A stretch of 64,000 nucleotides of DNA from a virus (taxonomy: Duplodnaviria; Caudoviricetes). The position numbers and the translations under genes were made by a program. The stretch is from the IMG/VR virus record IMGVR_UViG_3300048581_000044, positions 25,138 through 89,137 of that record; one strand, written 5' to 3'. This document shows, in pieces, positions 54,419-63,710 of the stretch (position 1 is its first letter; the number at the start of each line of letters is the position of its first letter). Under the pieces are notes generated by a model. It did no database searches, was not told where the DNA came from, and saw nothing but the letters and a program-made list of their open reading frames with translations.

Positions 54419-55363
54419 TCAGGAAAGGCGACGGCTAGACAATAGCAACTCATGCATAAGGGCGTGTGCGAAAAGCTCAGCCATCTCAGGCGCCATCCCG
54501 CAGCAGTTTTGAAAGTGTGCGGAGAAGCCGGGGGTGCTTTTTAGGCCGCCCGAATGAGGGCAGTCCTTTTTGATATGCGTATGGTATTGGCCTACGGCGT
54601 CGGACAAATTGCGCGGGGAAGAGAAGGAGGGGGCGGCTGGGGCGCCTGATTGCGCGACATAAGGCGATCCGCCGTCGAGGTCGAGAGGCTGGACAGTAGG
54701 CGGGGAAGAAAGGTTATCGCTCATGCTCATAGCTGGGACGGTGGGAGGTATAGAGCCAGCACTGGATTTCAGAAAAGCCGCGATGAAAGCCTTTGCCGAG
54801 ACGATTTTAACAAAGCCTTCGATTGCGTCGTTAACAGGAGAAGTCGTCAGCGCGAGAGATTTCCAGTCCATGCCGCTGATATGAAAGCGCCGGGCGCCGT
54901 TTTCACGGCTTTTGCCACGACAATCTTCGACCATACCGGGCTTGGGGAAGCCATAAATAGAAGCGCGATAGCGCACGCCCGCCTTGATCGCACGCCAGAC
55001 AGACTCGGCTTTATGAAGCGCGCCGTTGGAGTCCTCGGTCTCGCGAAGAAGCTCCATACGAACGCCGGTTCGCCCATCACCAAGATCGTTGACGGCTTTC
55101 GGATAGCCAATAATCCAGTCGGAAGGAATGCCTGGAAGCCCAAGACGGTGATGAAGCTCAGAGCCATGGTCAAGATCGATGTGGCCATTTTTGAGAAAAG
55201 AATCAGCTGAAGACATAAGAGCTTTTTGCTCAATAACATCGCCTTCGGAATCGCATTCCTCGTTGCTGACTTCACATTCCACGACGCGATTGCCTGCGGC
55301 ATCGGTAGACGCCTTGACGATTGTCGGGAGAGAGATGATTACGGCGTCTTGCGCGATCTGCAT
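54419..55363 (-). CDS. prohead (capsid maturation) protease
   Basis: VSNEECDSEGDVI, GHIDLDH, IGYP, YRASIYG, LALTTSPVN. Confidence 0.8.
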   Translation of the reverse strand: MQIAQDAVIISLPTIVKASTDAAGNRVVECEVSNEECDSEGDVIEQKALMSSADSFLKNGHIDLDHGSELHHRLGLPGIPSDWIIGYPKAVNDLGDGRTGVRMELLRETEDSNGALHKAESVWRAIKAGVRYRASIYGFPKPGMVEDCRGKSRENGARRFHISGMDWKSLALTTSPVNDAIEGFVKIVSAKAFIAAFLKSSAGSIPPTVPAMSMSDNLSSPPTVQPLDLDGGSPYVAQSGAPAAPSFSSPRNLSDAVGQYHTHIKKDCPHSGGLKSTPGFSAHFQNCCGMAPEMAELFAHALMHELLLSSRRLS

Positions 55364-55401
55364 AGGAATGGCCTGCTATCGTGGTGGCATAAGCGCCGGA
55401 T

Positions 55402-55435
55402 AGGATAGCGTAATGCAAGCGCTGGGGCCTATAGC
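55402..55435 (-). promoter_or_regulatory. candidate late promoter GCTA-TAGGCC-N18-TATCCT
   Basis: Intergenic, upstream of the protease gene; N24 spacing. Confidence 0.55.
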
Positions 55436-55464
55436 AGTCTGAAAAACAGCGGCAGCCTTACTGC

Positions 55465-55836
55465 TTAGAGAAAATCGCGGATAGCTGATTTGTGCTGCCC
55501 AGTTCCGATGTCGTTGTTCCCCCGCTTATCAACGCTTCCAGTGCGCAATGCAACACGCCCAGGAGACCCGTCGTCATCTGTAGCCTTAAAGAAGGCGTTC
55601 GGGTGGCGAGGGTGCATATATTCGATCATCGCAAAGTTGGCGGCGTCCATTAAATACTCTGTGTTGCCTGTTTCTGCGTATGACCGAAGGCGCTGCATGA
55701 GAGACCCGATAGCGTCTACTTTGTGTGGATAGGCGTTAGCGACGGGGCCATACTTGTAAAAGCTCATGTCCATGCGAGCCTTCATTCCAGCAGTAAAAGA
55801 TAAGCAGAATTCTGTTGTTGGGACTTCGGTCATCAC
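55465..55836 (-). CDS. conserved hypothetical phage protein
   Basis: YKYGPV...DAIGSL..RL..Y.ETGNTEYL.DAANFAMIE motif; GTGA-type overlap. Confidence 0.7.
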   Translation of the reverse strand: MMTEVPTTEFCLSFTAGMKARMDMSFYKYGPVANAYPHKVDAIGSLMQRLRSYAETGNTEYLMDAANFAMIEYMHPRHPNAFFKATDDDGSPGRVALRTGSVDKRGNNDIGTGQHKSAIRDFL

Positions 55837-56396
55837 GATTCTCCACTTACGGTCAAGCTATGAAGCGGGTCGGACAAAAGCCCTGAGCGCGGAAGGGAGT
55901 CAAGGTCCACGAAAAGCCGGTCCTCATAAACGCGATCCTTGGTGACGCTGATTTGAAACATGGTCAGCCAGTACTGGAGAGAAAGATAAGGCGCCTTTCC
56001 AACCCACCAACTGTCTTTATAAGTTGTGCGATTGGCTAGGATTCGAGACAGCCACTGCATAAAGTATTCCCCAACCATAACAAGCTCCATAGAGGAAGCG
56101 TGCCAGGAGCATTCGCTATAAAGATCACGGCGGTTGTCAGAAGCGTGAAAAGCCGCACGCGCAGCACGACCGGTGCGGCAAAGAGAACAAGGACCACGCA
56201 TGTCATTAAAGCAGCCGCGCGTGGTGCAAGTGGCAACACGCGTTGTGACGATGGATTGCGCGAGCTGAAAAGCTTTTAAGCGCTCGCGCCATTCAACGCA
56301 GAGAGGACAAATGCAAAAACGGTCGAGGTCATAGTAATCGTAATGCTCAAGCGGAGGAAAGACGTGAGTTTTAGAGAGCTTGATGATGGAGGGCAT
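55833..56396 (-). CDS. Cys-rich hypothetical protein (start uncertain)
   Basis: CICPLC and C...C....GPCSLC motifs. Confidence 0.5.
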   Translation of the reverse strand: MPSIIKLSKTHVFPPLEHYDYYDLDRFCICPLCVEWRERLKAFQLAQSIVTTRVATCTTRGCFNDMRGPCSLCRTGRAARAAFHASDNRRDLYSECSWHASSMELVMVGEYFMQWLSRILANRTTYKDSWWVGKAPYLSLQYWLTMFQISVTKDRVYEDRLFVDLDSLPRSGLLSDPLHSLTVSGES

Positions 56397-56412
56397 GGAG
56401 GTTTTCAGCTCT

Positions 56413-56595
56413 TTAACTTCCGATAGGCGTTGTGTGCGCCCATTCTTTAATACGCACATCTGCTGCAACATGCCAACTTGACCGTACACTACTCCAGCTG
56501 ATCCTGACCTTATCACCGTCCCATTTTGTGACGATGCCAAATCGCTCAGGCGCTTTGTCAAGATAAACCACGTCTCCCAGTCTTGGAGTCTTCAT
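56413..56595 (-). CDS. small hypothetical protein
   Basis: ATGA overlap with the glycosyltransferase stop. Confidence 0.5.
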   Translation of the reverse strand: MKTPRLGDVVYLDKAPERFGIVTKWDGDKVRISWSSVRSSWHVAADVRIKEWAHTTPIGS

Positions 56596-59500
56596 GCAGC
56601 ACCTTCTGTTTTTGGCGCCTGCTCACCATAGACATGTTCAACTGCCGCGCGTTCAGCCGGATCAGAAAGGAAATCAAGCTCGACGCTGATGTTTGAGTTT
56701 TCAGAAGCCAAGAAGCGAAACCATTCTGCGTACCAAGCAGGCATTAGAACATTCCCGTAAGGGCTGCTGTTTAGATTCATGCAGCTTTGGCAGAGGTTGC
56801 GCGAATAGCCAAAGTCGCAAGACTTGTCGCCTTCTAACTTGAGATTCCCACGCGGACAAACCGCTTCAGCCGAGCTAGGCCGATAAATCACAGGAACGCC
56901 CAAGCCTTTAAAGAATGAGAGAAGCTGAAGCGGCGCCTCATCCAAGCTTGTAAAGACAACCTTATCAATCCCAAGCTTGCGAAAGGCTGCGGAGGCAATG
57001 TCAGGACGGCGGATGTCCCAAGGTCCGGCGTTTGAAAGCTCAGGAAGGCTGATCGATATGACGTTGCCTTGGCAAGAGAGCTTATAGATGACAGCCCCGT
57101 CGTGAGATTCAGAAGCGCAGGCTTCAGACGGCCCAAAGAGGAGAACACGCTGGGTTTTGGAAAGCTGCCAAGGGATTGAAGGAGGTGGATAGGAATAAGT
57201 CGCGAGGTCCATGCCTGCGAGCATCATGCCGTTTTGTGCGTAGGCGAGCGCGAGATTTGGGTTCCAGTAAGGATCGGGTTCGGGATAAAGCTGTCCAAGC
57301 CGAACACCTTCATCTTGGAGGCGTTTGAGTTTGATAGCGTCAAAGCCGCTGTTATGGCGAGTCACGCCTTCAAAGTGCTGAAGCTCCGCTAGCGAACAGA
57401 CGATGTTTAGATAGCCTGCACGAATGGCCTCAAGACAGAACGCCACGTCGTTAAAGTCGTGAGGGAAGGATTCATCAAAGCCTCCAAGCTCCTCAAAACG
57501 ATGACGTGTGACAGCGAGACAGGCGCCAGTTACGGCGGTTGATTCATGTGTCGTAAATGCGTAGCCGTTAACGCCTGGGTTGTTGGCCGCTAGTCCTTTA
57601 TGGATGTGCCCGGTTAGGCCAGAGTTGCAGACAACACCGACGTGTTGGACATAGCCATGGGGGTAAGTGAGGCGTGCGCCTGCGGTGGCGACGGTGGGGA
57701 GAGTCGCCGCGCCGATAAGTTCAGCAAGCCAGCCAGAAGACATGACGCGCGTATCGTCGTTAAGGAAGACAAGAACCTCGCCTTTGGCCTCTTTGACCGC
57801 GAAGTTGTTGAGGGCTGACCAGTTGTAAGACTGTGGCCAGGAAAGAAGGCGGATGCGCGGATTGGTGGCAAGAGAGGCTTGGTAAGCAAGCATGTCTTCT
57901 CGCGTCGAACCGTTATCGACAATAAGGATTTCGTATTCGTTGTGTGAGGTCATCTTTAAGATCGTCGCGATGCAAGGCGCGAGCATTTCGAGATTGTCTT
58001 TGCAGGGGATGATGATGCTGGCGAAGACATTTTCAGCGCGAGAAGCAAAAGAGGTCGTTGTAAGAAGCGGGATAGTAGCGTTCTGTCTGATCGTAAGACC
58101 AAGCGATTCAGTAAGGGAAGCTGCAACTTTGGCCTTTTGAGAAGCTTCATGTACGCCATTTTCGAAATTCAGCGGCGGGAGGTGTGCAAGGACGCGGGGA
58201 AGGTGGCTGATAACCTTGCGATTGCTGAAGCCTTGAGTCAGGACAAGCTCATAAAGGCTGATCGCTGTAGCCTCGAAGTTAGCAGGAATGAGTGAACTGT
58301 GAACCGCGAGCGCCTGGGTCACGTAGTCACGCGATAACAGCATGAAGAGGTCAAAGTTAGGCTTAAAGTCTGGGTTAACGCGCTTGCCGTCCGTGATAAA
58401 ATCGTTGTCTGCGTAGACAATAAGCGCTTCGGGATTTCGGCTGATGTGCTCTTTAAGAAGCTCATAAAAGTCGCCAGCAATTTGGGCACCGGCTGGAACA
58501 AAAAACCGCCAATCACCAATCTGTTCTCCTGGCTGCTCAACCACAGTCGTCGGGTAAAAGAGATGCTCTATTAACGGCGCACCTTGTTGCTTATTTCCCC
58601 ACTCTAACGCAGCTGCAAGAGTCGCCTCCCCTCGCGTATCACACGCGTTAGCCCAAGCCGTGTAATCGCTACGGCTTTGCGGCGGGAGAGATTCAAAATG
58701 CTCACGATAGAATGAGAATTCAAGCTCTTCGCGAAGCGCTTTAAGCGCAGCTTCGTCCGATTTCCCTTGCGGCCAACGGCTGTTAATACGCAAAGCAGCC
58801 GTGTCGGCTTCTTCTTTAAGTGGCGGGGAAGCGTGAGGCACACCGACGAAAGCGCTAGGACAGAGACCGACTTTGAGCCCCCGCGCGCGTGCGGCACAGG
58901 ACCATTCGAGAAGCGCGATTTCGAGCGAGGAATCATCGAGATCAGGCGAGCCGATAGCTGCTAAGGCAGAGCGCCGACAGAGAACAGCTGGGCCGCTTGC
59001 GGCTACGAGATCGATTGGTTTGGCTTCAGCGAACGCTGCGCAAGACAAGCTAATCCCTGCCATGGCAGTTGAGTCAACAGGAGAGAAGGCAGTTTGAGTC
59101 GGAAAACCCCAAGGCCCACCGTCGTTGGTTAGAGCGCAAGCAACATCGAGATTGACTGCTTTGAGATTGGCGAGAGAGTCCTCTGTGTAGGTCGCGCCGG
59201 GACGGAGATAAAGGATGTCCTCTGAGGAGTCCAAAGCCTCGACAAATTCGGCTTTATTCGCCACAACGCAAACGCCCGAGCCTTTAGCGTTAAGCGCTGG
59301 CTTGAAGGGACGCACGTTTTTGGGAAGCCATGCCGCAAGACGCTTTTCAGCGTGATCATCGAGAATGTAGAAGTTCTTTACCCAAGTATGAAGCATCTGG
59401 CCGAAATGACGACGGCGTTCGGCTGTTGTGTCAATAAAAGATCGAATGGCGCTGATCCATTCGGCAGGCGTAGCAGCGTAGGCAAATAAGGGCGGACAGT

Positions 59501-60347
59501 CGGTTAGATAAGGCCCGACTGGTGAGGCAATAGTTGGATAAGCACAAGCGCCTGCTTCAACAAGACGGAGATTGGATTTACAGCGATTGAAGAGATTGTC
59601 TTCCAAAGGTGCGACAATCAAATCAACATTGATTGAAGCAAGAGAGGCGAGATAGCGGTCGGGAGGAGACGCCCCGGCGTAGGTTTTATGAACGCCTTCT
59701 GGAACAGGCGGGTCCATGCCGAGAAACACCCATTCGACTTCATCTTTGAGCGCAATAAAGGCTTCAGAGAGAATTGCGAGATCGCCAGCATGACCAATCC
59801 CGCCTCCCCAGCCGATACGGAGCTTTTGGCCGGGCGTAGGAGGCATGAACTGCTTTCGGATTTGCGTGGTGAGTTCTAGATCGTCTCGCCCAAGCATGTT
59901 AGGAACGACGCGGATATCAGTGCCTTCCTCGCAGATAGAGCGCATATGATCAGCGAGTTCGACCGTTGTGACCGTAACGGCGTCACATAGCGCGACGGCT
60001 CTGCGAATTTTCTCGTCAATGTTTGGCGTCATGTAAGGAGCGTGCCAGGAATAAGAAGGCACAGCAGAGAGCGCATCATCGACTTCAAAGACAAAGAAGG
60101 CGTCAGGAAGGAGTTCACGCCAATGGCGCATGGTGGCAAGGTGAGAGTCTTCGGTCTGACGCTGCCAGACAATGATAGAGGGGTTTATGGCTTTGAGAAC
60201 AGGATCAGACGGGAAAGACATCTCGGCACGGCCAGAAAGAACACCGCAGCGCCCCATGATCTGCATTGGACGAAGAATTCGGTGCCAACCGCAACCAGAA
60301 ATATCCCCAGGCAGGGCGAGCACAAACGGAGGACGTGTGAGTTTCAT
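56592..60347 (-). CDS. multi-domain glycosyltransferase (GT-B-like + GT2 domains), FgtA/RfbC-like
   Basis: GDISGCGWHR...QRQ...DD...IGWGGG.GH.GDL...APLEDNLFNRCKSNLRL; YADND...PDFKP; SIIIP.KD...VDNGS...FLNDD...VTGACL..GGFDE..NDV...DPYWNPNL. Confidence 0.9.
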   Translation of the reverse strand: MKLTRPPFVLALPGDISGCGWHRILRPMQIMGRCGVLSGRAEMSFPSDPVLKAINPSIIVWQRQTEDSHLATMRHWRELLPDAFFVFEVDDALSAVPSYSWHAPYMTPNIDEKIRRAVALCDAVTVTTVELADHMRSICEEGTDIRVVPNMLGRDDLELTTQIRKQFMPPTPGQKLRIGWGGGIGHAGDLAILSEAFIALKDEVEWVFLGMDPPVPEGVHKTYAGASPPDRYLASLASINVDLIVAPLEDNLFNRCKSNLRLVEAGACAYPTIASPVGPYLTDCPPLFAYAATPAEWISAIRSFIDTTAERRRHFGQMLHTWVKNFYILDDHAEKRLAAWLPKNVRPFKPALNAKGSGVCVVANKAEFVEALDSSEDILYLRPGATYTEDSLANLKAVNLDVACALTNDGGPWGFPTQTAFSPVDSTAMAGISLSCAAFAEAKPIDLVAASGPAVLCRRSALAAIGSPDLDDSSLEIALLEWSCAARARGLKVGLCPSAFVGVPHASPPLKEEADTAALRINSRWPQGKSDEAALKALREELEFSFYREHFESLPPQSRSDYTAWANACDTRGEATLAAALEWGNKQQGAPLIEHLFYPTTVVEQPGEQIGDWRFFVPAGAQIAGDFYELLKEHISRNPEALIVYADNDFITDGKRVNPDFKPNFDLFMLLSRDYVTQALAVHSSLIPANFEATAISLYELVLTQGFSNRKVISHLPRVLAHLPPLNFENGVHEASQKAKVAASLTESLGLTIRQNATIPLLTTTSFASRAENVFASIIIPCKDNLEMLAPCIATILKMTSHNEYEILIVDNGSTREDMLAYQASLATNPRIRLLSWPQSYNWSALNNFAVKEAKGEVLVFLNDDTRVMSSGWLAELIGAATLPTVATAGARLTYPHGYVQHVGVVCNSGLTGHIHKGLAANNPGVNGYAFTTHESTAVTGACLAVTRHRFEELGGFDESFPHDFNDVAFCLEAIRAGYLNIVCSLAELQHFEGVTRHNSGFDAIKLKRLQDEGVRLGQLYPEPDPYWNPNLALAYAQNGMMLAGMDLATYSYPPPSIPWQLSKTQRVLLFGPSEACASESHDGAVIYKLSCQGNVISISLPELSNAGPWDIRRPDIASAAFRKLGIDKVVFTSLDEAPLQLLSFFKGLGVPVIYRPSSAEAVCPRGNLKLEGDKSCDFGYSRNLCQSCMNLNSSPYGNVLMPAWYAEWFRFLASENSNISVELDFLSDPAERAAVEHVYGEQAPKTEGAA

Positions 60348-60857
60348 TTATAGAAAACCTCTTGCTTCGGGGATTTGTGCTAAGGGCTTGGTTGGGTTTG
60401 AAGGACGGATATGTGGACGTTTCAAACCGAGGAGGTGCGCTTTAGAAAAAAGCACCATGCGGTCTTTTTTAACAATACGGCTTATATCTGCAACAGCTGC
60501 GTGAGTAGGCCACAACTTCCGCAACGCACGTTCTTGCGCTTTAGTCCACTGAAAAGCCTCTGTTGTAAGACCTTCATACGCACTCATGTGGTAAATTGCT
60601 GCAACAGAACGCCCAAGGCGTTTCGCAATCTCAGCGCATTTCACATTCTTAGCCCTAAGTGCTTTTAGTAAGGCTATGTCTTTTGGAGTCCACATCTTAC
60701 CGCCCGCTCGTCCAAAACGTCTAGGAAGCCCAAACGCTCGCGCTTTAGAGTCTACCGTCCCCGGAAGAACGCCAAAATACGCTGCAATCTCAGCTCTTGG
60801 TGTTTTAGCTTTCCAGAGCTTTTTGAAGAGCTTGTCATCATTTATTTTCTTAACCAT
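60348..60857 (-). CDS. protein with three GcrA-N/Myb-like HTH repeats
   Basis: KKLW...AEIA..FG....V.SKAR.FGL; WTPKDIALLK.L...AEIA.RLGRS; WTKAQERALRKLW...SKAHLLGL. Confidence 0.75.
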   Translation of the reverse strand: MVKKINDDKLFKKLWKAKTPRAEIAAYFGVLPGTVDSKARAFGLPRRFGRAGGKMWTPKDIALLKALRAKNVKCAEIAKRLGRSVAAIYHMSAYEGLTTEAFQWTKAQERALRKLWPTHAAVADISRIVKKDRMVLFSKAHLLGLKRPHIRPSNPTKPLAQIPEARGFL

Positions 60858-60872
60858 AAAACCTCCTATTAG

Positions 60873-63710
60873 CTAAGCTTCTTGCGAAGAATTCCGCCGA
60901 ACACCCGCTGCATGGCCGTGACCTTGTGCGAGAGCAGAGTCTTGTCGAGAGGTGATTGCTGAGCCGGGTGTGTCTGCGTCTTTTGTGCTGCCCTCAAACA
61001 TCATCTTTAAGAACTGCGCCGCAAGTGTCTGAAACACGCCACTTCTGTTAGCGTCAGAAGGTGTTAGTTCTAAAATCTTTGCAAGCTTCTTAAGGTCTTT
61101 ATCCTGTACCAAGGTCTCAAGCGACGGAAGACCGTTCTCAGCACGTGCTTCTTTCCATGTGCGAGATTCTTTCATCTCCGCGAACTGCCGCGCGTCTTCT
61201 TTAGGAGTCTTACCTGTGAAGCCAAAACGCAGATGCGGCCAGCGTGTTGCTATAAGGTATTCGTTGATAACGACTTCCCAGTGCGTCAGCAGGGGAGCAA
61301 GGCCAGGATCGTCTTCGTCAACTGCGGCGATAGAGGAGTCAGGAAGAGGTTCGTTGTCTCGCGCTGTGCCGCTGACTTTATAGCCCAGGCGGCGGACTGG
61401 AAAACGCCAGAGCGTTGCAAGTGCTCCTGCAAGCATGTTCATCCAGAGATTATAAAATGACTCGTTTCCTTTTAAGCGCGTCAAGTCCAGGAGTTCAAGT
61501 TTTGCACCATCTGGAAGCCCCATGACGGGAAGAGCCCACCACTTCGAAATGCCTTTTTTCATGTTCGTAAACATGCGAGTAAGCAAGTCGATTTGGCGTT
61601 GCGTGATCGCTCCACCAGAGACTGTTAGGATACCTTGTGCTATGCTCGAATTTCCTGACCAAGCAGCCTTGCCATTACGCCGAACATAGAGCGTTCCATT
61701 GGGAACAGTGACGCAGCCGATCTTACCTGTATAAGGCGTCTTCTCTAAATTGAAGGCTTGCATTTTCGACATTTTTAGGCGGATGTCGTAACGAGTCCTG
61801 CTTGTTTTGATCGCTTGTGTACCGCCCTTAATGATGCGCCCTGGCACGATATATTTTTCAGCGTTTACAGTACTGATTGTTGCAGCATACCCCATTTTTT
61901 GCGCTAGTTCTTGCAGTTGATCAGCCATAAGGCGGCTAGTCGTAGCTATGTGTTCAACACGGTTAAGCCTTTTTGCATTCTTCGTTTTTACCCATTGAAT
62001 ACAGCCGTCCCCTAAACAGTAATAATCCCAGAAGATTTTTTGTTGGCGAGGTGTCGCGTCAAGAATTTCCTGTGGGATGTGCTTTGTGTAGCAGTCTTCT
62101 CCAAACTGCCGAAGGTGTTCAGCAAGGCCGTGCCAGTTCACAGCAAAACAATTTTCTGCATAAAACTGAGGCTTAGCATCAAGCACTTTTTGAATCAGTG
62201 CGTAAAACGGTTGGAAACCCTTAGAAGCGCGTCTTTGGGCAATGGAGATTTTCTCTAAACGGCGGCTGTTACCCTTTGCCAAGCTTCCTTCCGAAAGAAA
62301 CATACCCAAGAAAGCACAATAATCGTCGCCCGAAATCTTTCGAGGTTTACGGCCATAATGTGTAGGATAGGCAGAAAACGATTTTGTTTTGATCTCCTTA
62401 CCCTCCCACGCAGATGTCGTCGGAAGGCAATAGTTTTGCCTTGAAAGCTTCTTCATGCCTTGTAACTGCAAAAACAAATCGCGTGCAGTACTGACAGTGT
62501 AATCAGTCTCGCCATAAATCAAAAAAGAGGGCTTGTATTGTGTAATGATCCGATGGTTTGGCGTTACCTCAAAATCAAACGACCTTGAAGCCACACGATA
62601 CATGTCACCTGAATAGTCGTGCCATGTTTTAGCTGTAGCTTTCTGGTATTCAAACGTTCCATGCTGCAAATTAAGCGTTGCAAACAAGTCCTTTTCGATG
62701 TCTACCGCACCAAACAGCTTCCAGCCTTCTTTTGTCAAAACCTCCGTATCTGCTCGGTGGCATTTATCGAAGACATCACAATTAAGGTCAATCGCATTCT
62801 GAAATCCCTTGATAATGCGCATCGCCATTTCGACCTCCGGGTACCCGTAGCCGAAAACGTCAGGGTCAGTACGCGGGTTACGCACCGCAATGGTCAGCTC
62901 ATCACGTGTAAATGCTTGAATGACTCTTCCGCCCTCATCAACTGCCACAGCATATTTGTCAGGATCGTTCTCATAACCAGCCGTCGTACAAAGCCGGATG
63001 TTTCCTGCTGGAAGAAGCGCGTAGCCTTTAACACACTCCTTCATATCCATGTCCGTCCAGATCGCGAGCATGTCGAAGGTGAGCCAGTCGCGCGTTCCAG
63101 CCGCAAGAAACTTTTGAAAGCCTGTGAGCCGTTTGGAGTCACGTTTGCGGACTTCCGTATAGCTCGTTTCGATATTAGAGTTCTGGATGAAGCGTGTCGC
63201 TTCAGCTATGTCTTTCTTGACGTTCGCTTTGTCGTTATCTTCCGTATCGACGGCTTCAATGTGCCAGCCGGGTTTCCAAATGTGTTTTGCGTGGTTTGAA
63301 TAACGAAGCACGTCATCAACGCGCATTCCGAGAACAAGCTGTGGGGCGACATTCTCACGCACGATCTTGCGAAGGGAATCCGGGTTAATCCCCGGCCATT
63401 GCATCACGCCGCCATTAGTCGTCGCATCAGGCGCGTAAGAAAGCCGCCCGAAGTTAAAAGCCGTAGGAGGAGTCCCAAGCGCCTTAGCGCTGGTGTATTT
63501 TGGCGACTCAACCCCAAGCGCCTTAGCCGCAGCCAGCATCGGATCATCCGACCCGAGCATACTCTCGAAAGCCTTAGCGTAACCCCCAATATCAATAGCT
63601 AAGGTGTTCTCAGGCATGGACGGGAAACGATAGCCCTTAACAGCATCAGCGCCTTCGTTAACGTCAAACACCGCCGCTTTGGCTGTTACAGCCGGACTTG
63701 ATTCACTCAT
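60873..63710 (-). CDS. portal protein (SPO1/Twort-like), intein-containing
   Basis: F.KF....RD.LTFD, RNPRTD...GYGYPEVE, F..|SSIAQGIL, WALPV motifs. Confidence 0.88.
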   Translation of the reverse strand: MSESSPAVTAKAAVFDVNEGADAVKGYRFPSMPENTLAIDIGGYAKAFESMLGSDDPMLAAAKALGVESPKYTSAKALGTPPTAFNFGRLSYAPDATTNGGVMQWPGINPDSLRKIVRENVAPQLVLGMRVDDVLRYSNHAKHIWKPGWHIEAVDTEDNDKANVKKDIAEATRFIQNSNIETSYTEVRKRDSKRLTGFQKFLAAGTRDWLTFDMLAIWTDMDMKECVKGYALLPAGNIRLCTTAGYENDPDKYAVAVDEGGRVIQAFTRDELTIAVRNPRTDPDVFGYGYPEVEMAMRIIKGFQNAIDLNCDVFDKCHRADTEVLTKEGWKLFGAVDIEKDLFATLNLQHGTFEYQKATAKTWHDYSGDMYRVASRSFDFEVTPNHRIITQYKPSFLIYGETDYTVSTARDLFLQLQGMKKLSRQNYCLPTTSAWEGKEIKTKSFSAYPTHYGRKPRKISGDDYCAFLGMFLSEGSLAKGNSRRLEKISIAQRRASKGFQPFYALIQKVLDAKPQFYAENCFAVNWHGLAEHLRQFGEDCYTKHIPQEILDATPRQQKIFWDYYCLGDGCIQWVKTKNAKRLNRVEHIATTSRLMADQLQELAQKMGYAATISTVNAEKYIVPGRIIKGGTQAIKTSRTRYDIRLKMSKMQAFNLEKTPYTGKIGCVTVPNGTLYVRRNGKAAWSGNSSIAQGILTVSGGAITQRQIDLLTRMFTNMKKGISKWWALPVMGLPDGAKLELLDLTRLKGNESFYNLWMNMLAGALATLWRFPVRRLGYKVSGTARDNEPLPDSSIAAVDEDDPGLAPLLTHWEVVINEYLIATRWPHLRFGFTGKTPKEDARQFAEMKESRTWKEARAENGLPSLETLVQDKDLKKLAKILELTPSDANRSGVFQTLAAQFLKMMFEGSTKDADTPGSAITSRQDSALAQGHGHAAGVRRNSSQEA
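61650..62762 (-). mobile_element. intein (371 aa) with LAGLIDADG endonuclease in the portal gene
   Basis: CHRADTEVLTKEGW; block B TPNH; FLGMFLSEG and CLGDG; ends CVTVPNG...SGN then +1 Ser. Confidence 0.92.
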
